From a virus: DNA of 64,000 nucleotides. Each line of letters begins with the position of its first letter. Within the stretch, counting starts at the first letter, position 1. This document shows positions 31,812 to 40,663 of this stretch, one piece after another. Made by a program: the position numbers and the translations under genes. The notes under the pieces are model-generated. The model did not search any database. It had not been told where the DNA came from and worked only from the letters and a program-made list of their open reading frames with translations. The DNA lies in IMG/VR virus record IMGVR_UViG_3300006141_000001; one strand, written 5' to 3'.

Positions 31812-31946
31812 AATTTTTCACCTGTGCTACAATGTAGCTACCTTTCTTTTTTGATTGGTGGCAGTCGGTCTAGTTTCTCAGGCTCTCCGGCTGTCTTTTT
31901 TAGTTATTACTACTTATTATTAGGATTTCCTTATTTCTATGATTAA

Positions 31947-31975
31947 ATTATACTACTTGTTTTCCTACTTGTCAA
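31947..31975 (-). promoter_or_regulatory. Consensus sigma-A promoter with AGTAG(G)AAA operator-like repeats
   Basis: TTGACA-agtaggaaaacaagtag(17)-TATAAT. Confidence 0.85.
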
Positions 31976-32055
31976 CAGTTTTTTATAATTTTTATTAGGT
32001 TTTTCTACTTTATATTTTGAAATAAAAAAGCACTTACATTTTATAGTAAATGCTT

Positions 32056-32265
32056 TTAGTATTCTTTTCCATCGGAAAATCTGAAAAAAGAAATATATTC
32101 ACATCCTATAATAGTAGCTATCTTTTCCAGTTCTTCCCTTGTAAATTTTCCTGTTTTCATGCGTTGAGAAAATCCAGATTGACTAATCCCAAATTGTTTT
32201 GCAAGTTCTGTAATGCTTATATTTGCATGAATACAGGCTGTTTTGATCTGTTCCTGTATTGTAAT
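32056..32265 (-). CDS. XRE-family HTH regulator with ATT start (missing from ORF track)
   Basis: AGGAGG-8nt-ATT; (M)TIQEQIKTACIHANISITELAKQFGISQSGFSQRMKTGKFTREELEKIA...DGKEY, 69 aa. Confidence 0.75.
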   Translation of the reverse strand: MTIQEQIKTACIHANISITELAKQFGISQSGFSQRMKTGKFTREELEKIATIIGCEYISFFRFSDGKEY

Positions 32266-32514
32266 AACTATCGCCTCCTATCTAAAACCACTACACTATT
32301 GAAAAAATGTGATTCTGGTATAGAACTCCCTACATTCCACATTTCTATTATATCAGATTCCACAATTTCAAGCAAGAAAAATTAAATTTCATCTTCTATC
32401 TGTTCCCAATACTCCTTTGGAACATCTTCTCTTAATTTTATTTTTCCCCTTTCTTATTCTTTTTATATTTAGGGCATACAATTTTAATTTAAGCCATATG
32501 TCTTATTTTCAGGA

Positions 32515-33372
32515 TTATTCAGTTTCACATTCCCCCAAGATAAATTTCACGGATTTTTCTGCCCGACTGGCAGCCAACACGATAAATTTTGTGTCATTTT
32601 TTAATACTTTCAACCAGTTTTGGATATATGCAACATTATTTTTGAACGTTTTGTTCGTTTCTATGCCGCATATATTCAGCAAATTTGAAGCCCCTATTTC
32701 TGCCACCAGCTCTTCTTTTGAATATGTTTCGCTTTCAAACTTTGCATTTTTATCGTTCTCCCCGAATCTTTTAAGTCTGGTTGCATGCCCAGTACTATGT
32801 ACGGACTCATGGAATGCAGTTGAATAATACTCTTCGGAATTACCAAACTGCTCAATTAGAGGCAGATGGATCAAATCTAACTTAGGCGAATAATACGCCC
32901 TGTTACTCGCCATATTCTCAAAAGAAATGCCTTCTCTGCCTATGTAATCTGCGATTATCTTTTCAGCATGAGTAATAGGCTCAATTTGGTTTAGTTCTGG
33001 TTTTTCCATTGGTTCTACGCCTTCCACCTGGGAAATATGAAATACATTGTAATACCTTAGAATGGGGATGTTTTTTACAATTTTATTCCCCTCCTTATCT
33101 GTATCCTGAAATGGCTGGATTTTCCAAAATACTACCATTTCAGATTTTTCTCCTTTTCGTACATGTCCGCCAAACTGTTGCCATTGCTTAAATGTGGCGT
33201 ATTCACCATCGTTCTGGAGTAGCATCTGATTTAAAAAAGAATAGGGCTTTCTAGTAATACGATTAAAAGCCCCAGAGCAAAGCCCAGTCCATGGTTTTTG
33301 CCATGGGATTATGCCAGCCTCAAGCTGAGAAATAATCTTTTCCGTTACTAATTCGTATACATTTTTTCCCAT
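32515..33372 (-). CDS. ardC: ArdC-family antirestriction protein (ssDNA-binding plus zincin-like domain)
   Basis: YELVTEKII..LEAGIIPWQKPW, ATFKQW...GGHVRKGEK, FHESVHSTGH, EELVAEIGA. Confidence 0.9.
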   Translation of the reverse strand: MGKNVYELVTEKIISQLEAGIIPWQKPWTGLCSGAFNRITRKPYSFLNQMLLQNDGEYATFKQWQQFGGHVRKGEKSEMVVFWKIQPFQDTDKEGNKIVKNIPILRYYNVFHISQVEGVEPMEKPELNQIEPITHAEKIIADYIGREGISFENMASNRAYYSPKLDLIHLPLIEQFGNSEEYYSTAFHESVHSTGHATRLKRFGENDKNAKFESETYSKEELVAEIGASNLLNICGIETNKTFKNNVAYIQNWLKVLKNDTKFIVLAASRAEKSVKFILGECETE

Positions 33373-33408
33373 AATTTTTTCTCCTTTTATGTTAAGAAGC
33401 GCTAGGTG

Positions 33409-33675
33409 TTATCCTGCCGCCTGTTTCATTACTATATCTCCTGCATTCTTCTTAATGTACCACTTGATGTATTTCTTTCGTTCTTTTGTCTTTGGACTTT
33501 TTATAGGTGATATGTTTTTTAAGTATTCTGCCTTAATCCACAGTTTGTTGCCGTCCTTATCCTTACACCCGGCAATCAACTCTGTACCATATCCGGTGTA
33601 TGTTGGTCTTTCCCCTACCCTGGTATGTACAGACGGTATGCAACTACCCAAGCGCACTTTTTCGGTATACGCCAT
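33409..33675 (-). CDS. Hypothetical basic protein
   Basis: 88-aa ORF between the structured tract and ardC. Confidence 0.45.
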   Translation of the reverse strand: MAYTEKVRLGSCIPSVHTRVGERPTYTGYGTELIAGCKDKDGNKLWIKAEYLKNISPIKSPKTKERKKYIKWYIKKNAGDIVMKQAAG

Positions 33676-33719
33676 GAATCATACTCAGAAGCCCGTCCCA
33701 TATGGATCATTTTAGGCTT

Positions 33720-34880
33720 CTTTTCAGACAACCTTTTATATTAGGAAGGGAAATATAAGGCCTTGCTGCCTTTTTTTGTTTCCCTTCCTTGAATTTTTCA
33801 AGGAACTATTTCATAAGAACGCCCGTATTAGCACTATTCGGGGAAAGAATGTCCCCTATCTTATGAAATTTTGTGAAATTAGTTTCGGGAAATCCCCTAC
33901 TTACGGCACCGCCACGGGAAGGCTTTCACATGGTGCCATCTTTGCCAGCAGGGGCTTTAGTCTTACGTGGCGTAGTGCTTTGCCACTGCCTTGCCCCTAT
34001 GCGAATCCGCATTCTGGCATATATCTTGACTGCCCTTGCCTAGTGTTTTTCAAAGCCTGAGTGCTTCATCCATCCGCTTCCTAGTCTGATAGTGGCTTTT
34101 ATGTCCCGGTGGTGCCCGGTGGTTATTATGCCACGTACTAGGAAGTTTCTGCTTCCTCAGTGTTTGCCACTTCTGGAAAGTGCCTCCTATGGTTCAATCC
34201 CAGCTTTTCTTGCCGTGCCCTTACTGGGCTAGGATTTCACTGCCATAGAAGGCTGGCAGCCCGATATACGCCTTATGCGGCGGGTCTCTATCGCTATAGA
34301 CCATTTGCGCCCTTATTTACGGCCAGCAGTGACCGTCACTGTATTTATAGGTTTACTGTCCCTTTTTTTACCAGGTGGGCAAGACGCTTATCCTGGTTGC
34401 TTTGGTCTACGGGTTCCCGGCCTTCCCATTTACGGCTGGAAAGGTACTTATGTACCGTCCTCTTGAGTGCTTTGCTCTATGGATACTCACCAGGCACATG
34501 CACGGATGCACCTGGCTTTCGCCATATCCTCTACACTCTTGAGGATATATACCCCATAACTTTTTGGGGGAGTGGCAGGGTTTGATGCCCTGTCAGTATT
34601 TAAGAGATTCGCTCTCTTTTCGCGCCCACCTTCTGTTGATAAGGGATTGTGGGGAATCCCGGTGCAGGCACAATTTTTTACAGAGGCGTTGCCCGTCTTG
34701 AGCCTCTTTTGGGATGATTACGCTGTCCCCCTTGCGCCAACCAGGTTATTATTTTTTCGTCCCCTATCCTGGTTTGGTATATGGGACTAGATAGATATAT
34801 CCACTTATTACCCTAAAGAACGATGTATGCACTCATTGCCACGTGGGCAGCCCTCACGTCCTTAACTGGTAGGCCTCACT
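33720..34880 (-). ncRNA. Candidate large structured non-coding RNA (~1.15 kb)
   Basis: GC-rich, no credible ORF, about 20 consecutive or nested stems, purine-rich linkers on the minus strand. Confidence 0.6.
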
Positions 34881-35004
34881 ACCTTTTTTTATTCACTACC
34901 AGATTTATCAAAGCTATAATAAACAAGGCAAATGAATACTTATTTCTAATCATTACCATGCAAATTATGGAAATGATTAGTAAGGAGATGTTGATTTTTT
35001 TCAT
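34879..35004 (-). CDS. 41-aa hydrophobic peptide
   Basis: MKKINISLLIISIICMVMIRNKYSFALFIIALINLVVNKKR; no obvious RBS. Confidence 0.45.
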   Translation of the reverse strand: MKKINISLLIISIICMVMIRNKYSFALFIIALINLVVNKKR

Positions 35005-35019
35005 ATTGTTTGGTATAAT
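34991..35019 (+). promoter_or_regulatory. Antisense promoter facing the 44-aa peptide gene
   Basis: TTGATT-17-TATAAT with extended TG. Confidence 0.7.
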
Positions 35020-35063
35020 GGGCTTGTGTTGTCGGGCGGGTTTCCCCGCCCCAACACTTCTAG

Positions 35064-35198
35064 CTACCCAACAAGAGCCTTTAACAGACCCGCAATAGCG
35101 TCTATTAAAACTGAAATTGCTGTTATGACAGCGGCGACTGCCAATAGCATTTCAGAAGGCTTTTGATTGGGCTTTTTCTTTTTAGGTTTCTTGCCCAA
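35064..35198 (-). CDS. 44-aa basic/hydrophobic peptide, type I toxin-like
   Basis: AAGGAGG RBS plus TTG; MGKKPKKKKPNQKPSEMLLAVAAVITAISVLIDAIAGLLKALVG. Confidence 0.65.
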   Translation of the reverse strand: MGKKPKKKKPNQKPSEMLLAVAAVITAISVLIDAIAGLLKALVG

Positions 35199-35288
35199 AA
35201 CCTATCGCCTCCTTTCTTTAATTTTTAAGGTACGGCGGCGTGGGACTGCCTAGTCAAGAGGTTGTTTCTTATCTCTTAACTTGTATAT

Positions 35289-35317
35289 ATTATAGCATAC
35301 AAGTTTTGATATGTCAA
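35289..35317 (-). promoter_or_regulatory. Perfect extended sigma-A promoter heading the leftward arm
   Basis: TTGACA-tatcaaaacttgtatgc(17)-TATAAT with TG at -15/-14. Confidence 0.88.
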
Positions 35318-35390
35318 TACTTTTTTTCAAAAAAATTTATTGTTTTTTCTACTTTTTTTTGATATACTTACACTACAGAAGAAAGGGAGG

Positions 35391-35627
35391 ATGATGCAGT
35401 TGGTATACGATGGTGACACTAAAAAGATTATAGACGAAATCAGGCATAAAATGATTGATACAAACACAAGACAGAAAGACATAGTTGACAAATTAGGTTT
35501 GAGCAAGTCTACGGTATCTAACTTTTTAAGTTGTAAAAGTAAAAACCCAACATTAGATACACTTAAAATGTTTTGTGATGCAATGGACTGCGACCTAATT
35601 ATCAAAATACAAGAACGCGAAAATTAA
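35391..35627 (+). CDS. XRE-family HTH regulator divergent from the leftward promoter
   Basis: RQKDIVDKLGLSKSTVSNFL...NPTLDTLKMFCDAMDC; GGGAGG RBS. Confidence 0.85.
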   Translation: MMQLVYDGDTKKIIDEIRHKMIDTNTRQKDIVDKLGLSKSTVSNFLSCKSKNPTLDTLKMFCDAMDCDLIIKIQEREN

Positions 35628-37569
35628 AATTTGCACTTAAATTTAATAGGATTAAACAAGAATGACAATATTTTTTAATACTTTAATCCTTGCGTAACTG
35701 GAAAGAAATGACTGCTCGAAAAGGACTAGAGATATTAGTCTTTATATTGCTTGGTGTATCTAGGTGTGTTGTATGCAGTATTTTAGGTTTAGTTTAGGCT
35801 TGTTTTTATGAAGTTTGTGTGTATTGCTTAATATAGTACTAAAATGTAAAAATCGAAACACACGTTCGAAACGGCAATTTCGAACTATATCATATCATTT
35901 TGCTATGAAATACTTTTATAAATTGTGTACATTTTTTTGTTTTTAGCATAAATTTTCAGATATTTTTATGCTCATTTTTGTATTTGTATAGAAGACATAT
36001 GTACGCGCACAAAGGACTTTATGCCCCCTGGTGCTGTGTATGCTCATAGCATATATAGATTTTAAGACCTAAGATTTAAAAAACATACAGGAATACTATA
36101 CTATTCCTGTATGTTCTGTACCGGGCGGGGGTTGGTTTACATAATTTTTTAAACCTATAATTTATTAGGTCGCCCTATCATATCTGCTCAGACGCAACTT
36201 ACAAAAAATTCGCTTCTCTTTTAAAATTATCTGACAATTTAAAAGCAACACCCATAAACATCTCGAAAAAAGGCTCGGAAAATGCTCGGGACACAAAAAT
36301 AAATCTCTTAAAAATAAGTGAACACTAAATTGTCTGACAATTATAAAGAGACCAATTATCTGCCCAACAACCATAAAGCACCAACTAAATGACCAATAAA
36401 TCAAATAAAAATCCATCAATTTCCCGAACCCAATACCCGAACCAAACTCCTACAGAAAATTTCCCATAAAAATACCGATAAATTAGCCAAGAAAATCCAA
36501 TCAACATATCCCATAAAAATAGGCATTTTCAGAAAGAAAAAATCAATCCAAAAATACCTCAATTTTATCTAATTTCCCGAACTCCCTCTCATTGCGTTAA
36601 CTCACCAGACACATCAATATCATAATTACATAGCCAAAAAATGCATATGACATTATAGAGCCTCCATAAAATAAAGGAAAAACATTATACGATATCCTAT
36701 GAAAATCAAGAAGAAACTAAAAAAGAAAATAACAAGAAATTTAAGACCCCCACATAGACCATCATTTAAAGTTCCTAAAATTATATAGCCAGATATCAGA
36801 AAATCAAAAGCATGTTATGCATTTCCGTAAAAATTCCATAAACGCAGCACATGCCATACCATCAAGACAGCCCGTATTATCATTATTATTGCCTAACTAC
36901 TCTCCCACTATTCCAAAAATTCTCTCCTGGTAATCGTCTATCAGAAATTCCGTATAATTTCGGCGTGAAATCTGCATCCTATACAATCCACACCTCCAGA
37001 AATCCCTTAATAAATATGAGATAAAATTTTTATATGTTTAAATTACAGAAAAACACACCTAAAATCAATTTTAACTCATTATGGCACAACTTTACCCTTA
37101 CGATATTAAAATTGAAATTTGCCGTCTAAAGTGAAATTCAATCAACAGATCTTACCAAGCAAATATTCTGTCATATAAGTCATTTATAGAGATATTCATA
37201 TCATACTCAGTTTACAGGCTCAAACATATTATAGCAAACCATATAACATAAAACCCATAAGAGGGGTGTATTTAACATTTTTCACAATACACATTGCACA
37301 GAAGAGTAGTATTGAAAATATAGATGAAGATAATTGCCAGATATAATTTGAAATTTGATTGATTTAATATTTTCTTTTCATCCAGAAATAAAAACCACAA
37401 TAAATATTTATTTACATATCTATTGATTGTCAGATATCATCTTTTGCTTAGAAAAATATAATATCAATATTTGTAATAGATATCATATCATTTAATTATA
37501 ACTCTATTTCTGTAATTTTAAATCACTACTGCTATCCATATTTTTCTATTTTATATAGTTATAGAAAAT

Positions 37570-38220
37570 GAAAGAACTGAACCACTACCGGCTAAAGCCG
37601 GTAGGTTCGGTGTGCTGCTGAAGCAGCCTAAAGCTGTTTCCCCCGTAAAGTTTTCATTTACCCCGATACGTTTATCCTATCTCAAAGTTATCGAATTTTG
37701 TTTTCTCCTGCAAATCCTGATTTTTGATATACTCCTTGATAATTTCATCCGTCACATTCCCGCTGCTTGCCACAAAGTATCCCCTTGCCCATAAATGCTG
37801 TCCCCAAAACTGTTTATTTAATTCCTTATATTCCATCTGCAGTTTCCGGGATGTATTTCCTTTTATATATTGCACCAGCTTACTTGCTGAAAGATGTGGC
37901 GGAACAGAAACCAACAGATGTATATGGTCACTTCCCACATGTCCTGCCAGTATCTCCACTTCATTACTCTGGCATACCATGCGGATCAGCTCCCTTGTCC
38001 TTATAGCTATCTTCCCAACTATTACGGGTTTGCGGTATTTCGTGATCCATACCAGATGGTATTTAATATCATACGTGCAATGTGACGATTTCCTGTAATT
38101 TTCCATATCTTCACCTCAGGTTTAGTATTCCTATTTTTGCTTTATCTAAACCTGAAGCTATGGGGTTTACCTAAAGGTTTCGCCTAAAGGCGAGGGTTTT
38201 AACCCCATTATACAGACAAT
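37570..38220 (-). mobile_element. IS200-family element (tnpA only); ends approximate
   Basis: Subterminal hairpins ctaccggctaaagccggtag (37584-37603) and tcgcctaaaggcga (~38180-38193) flank a Y1 transposase. Confidence 0.85.
37672..38106 (-). CDS. tnpA: IS200/IS605 Y1 (HUH) transposase
   Basis: YHLVWITKYRK, DHIHLLV, LWARGYF, IKEYI. Confidence 0.95.
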   Translation of the reverse strand: MENYRKSSHCTYDIKYHLVWITKYRKPVIVGKIAIRTRELIRMVCQSNEVEILAGHVGSDHIHLLVSVPPHLSASKLVQYIKGNTSRKLQMEYKELNKQFWGQHLWARGYFVASSGNVTDEIIKEYIKNQDLQEKTKFDNFEIG

Positions 38221-39100
38221 AAATTATTCTTTCAGATTCTATATTTTTTTGCAATACGGAAATTTCTGTAAAGCCGTACAAAACATATCTCTGTAAATCG
38301 GAAGACTACATAATGTAGACTTGCAAAAAAATCACTACATGGTGTAGAAGTATTGAAAGATGACCGTTTTCCTGCAATACATAAATAAAAAATGTGAATT
38401 GATATGGTAGAGATTTTTATATTGCAGAATATATGCCTAATAAAAATACTATCCAAAGTGATTGCCACAAGTTCTGAGGAGGAAAAATCAAAAACATGAA
38501 AAATCTACAGATACAAATATGTGATATAAGAAATATGAAGAAGATGGTTTTGATAAGAAAAATTTGGATGTGTTTCAATAGATATAATTTTTACAAATGT
38601 TCCAGGAGAAAAATAAGAACATATTATATTCTGTCATTAAAGATATCCTAAAAATATGAAAACCTTATAGCAAACAGATATTTCATAAAAAATCATATGG
38701 CTTATTATAAAAATTATGTATTTATCCTAAAAAGAAAAAATTTGTATTGTGGCCGGGGGTTTGGGGGCGGGCAAAGTCGTATTCGCAAGAATACGACTAG
38801 CCCCCAATATATAGGAGTAACAGATCACATCGCTATATAAAATACATAAATATATCTGATTACTAGTATAGAAAGATTTAGAAAAATACAGAAGAAAAAT
38901 ATTATACAAAGATATATAAAGGGATAGGCTCGTCTTGCCTTCTGCAAGCCAAGCCTATGTTCGCAATCTGGAGATTGCTCACCTTTGTCAAAAAAATGGA
39001 AATAAAATAACTGCACCTTGAAAAATAGTAATTATTTGAATTACTTATATAGATAGATGTACAAATCATATATAAATCACAAAAATATATGGGGAAAATA

Positions 39101-39312
39101 AAAAATCATTCAAACCCTCCCTATATATATTAATACTTAAGGGAGGGTTCGAATGATTTTTTCAGAAAATTTATTATATTATCGTTTAATTATAGCATTT
39201 ATCAATAAATTATCAGAATATTTATGTTTATTTATTGAATTATGCAAAACTTCCTTCAAACCCTCCCTATATATATTAATACTTAAGGGAGGGTACGAAG
39301 GAAGTTTTTGCA
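39101..39312. repeat. Two copies of a 40-bp core, each inside a longer inverted repeat (candidate replication origin)
   Basis: ttcaaaccctccctatatatattaatacttaagggagggt at 39109-39148 and 39255-39294. Confidence 0.85.
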
Positions 39313-39508
39313 ACCCATATTTTCCCCTTATGACATATTACGAATTATGAATGTATATCAACATGCATTGTTTTGTAATCTGTTTTTTTATATTTTTAAT
39401 CCAAGATTTACTCTCGCATTGACAAACACAAATTACGGATAAGATGAATTATTAAATGGCAACCAACGACATCTTATTTTTATCACTTCAAAAGTAGTAA
39501 GTATTAAT

Positions 39509-40660
39509 GTGGCAATCAAAACCATCACAATTATAACACAAAATCAAAAAAGGAGAAACAAAAAAATGGAAAAAGAAAATATTAAATTAGGAGAAATTAG
39601 TGAGGAAGAATTAGTCAAAGCATTCGGATCAGACGCACAAAAGAAATCTTATGAAGAAAATGGAAGATTTATTGGCAATTATAAAAACGCATTATTAAAG
39701 AAGATGTCAAGGTATTGCAACATCAAAGAATCAAAGAAACGCACATATGAAATATCTGAAGTGTATGAATATCCATTGCCATCAAATTTCAATAAAATGA
39801 ACAAATCGCTGTATAAGTACATAGTCCCATTGCTGCTCAATAGTCTGATAAATGGGCATGACAAAAATAACAAAATTGACATCACCATTGGAAGATGGGC
39901 AAGAGAAATCAATATGGTAAATAAAAATTACAGTCTAGTAAAATCACAGAAAGAGGCGACAAGCAAGGAAATCCAGTATCCCCTTGAGACAATAAATGAA
40001 TTTTACAACAAAGCGGATGACATGATTGACTGGTATATCACAAACGCATTAGATTACCTAAAATCTGCCGGTTTAATTATCTGGCGGGATGTATACCGCA
40101 TCAATAAGGAGGTATCGGATGAGAAAATTACAATTGATGAAAATGGCACTGTATATGCAGATATATCTATTGAAAGCCACCAGGCATCCAAGGACGAAAT
40201 GGATTTTTACTCAAAATGCATTGACATTGCAGATAAGGAAGCAAACATAAGCAACGAGTCTGAACGGTATTACAGCAAAAAATCAAGACGCTTCAACGAA
40301 GTGTTAAAAAGGGAACTCTACAAAGAGAAGATAAAATGCGTATATATGACTTATGAGGCATACTACATCAACCTTGACAAATGCAACTACCTGCTCTCCA
40401 AATTTGGCAGCTTAAATATAGAAGATGTAATAAAGGACTTCAACCAGGAGTTTACGGACATGCTCATTGAGAATGCCGGAAAGAGGTTTGACAAACAGCC
40501 GGGCAAGTACATTTACCATCACGACAAAGACGATTATAAACTATGCTTCCAAGGACTGTGTGAGATGACAATTGATAAGGATACAGAATTTCTTGGATAT
40601 AGGATAAAGAAGAAGACGATTGAAGATGACTATAAATTACAGATACAGGAAGGACAGTAA
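39509..40660 (+). CDS. Hypothetical protein, putative replication initiator (likely start 39566)
   Basis: First rightward gene, next to the origin-like repeats and upstream of the helicase; function inferred from position only. Confidence 0.55.
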   Translation: MAIKTITIITQNQKRRNKKMEKENIKLGEISEEELVKAFGSDAQKKSYEENGRFIGNYKNALLKKMSRYCNIKESKKRTYEISEVYEYPLPSNFNKMNKSLYKYIVPLLLNSLINGHDKNNKIDITIGRWAREINMVNKNYSLVKSQKEATSKEIQYPLETINEFYNKADDMIDWYITNALDYLKSAGLIIWRDVYRINKEVSDEKITIDENGTVYADISIESHQASKDEMDFYSKCIDIADKEANISNESERYYSKKSRRFNEVLKRELYKEKIKCVYMTYEAYYINLDKCNYLLSKFGSLNIEDVIKDFNQEFTDMLIENAGKRFDKQPGKYIYHHDKDDYKLCFQGLCEMTIDKDTEFLGYRIKKKTIEDDYKLQIQEGQ

Positions 40661-40663
40661 AAA

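Noticed and set aside
668-33191. Numerous plus-strand ORFs in the left arm (and minus-strand ORFs in the right arm) in the track
   Set aside because: Antisense shadows of real genes, lacking RBSs and recognisable motifs
33776-34790. Plus-strand ORFs across the GC-rich tract
   Set aside because: No RBS, atypical composition, opposite to local transcription; better explained as chance ORFs in structured GC-rich DNA
37570-38220. TnpB/omega-RNA system with the IS200 element
   Set aside because: Only tnpA lies between the end hairpins; no room for tnpB
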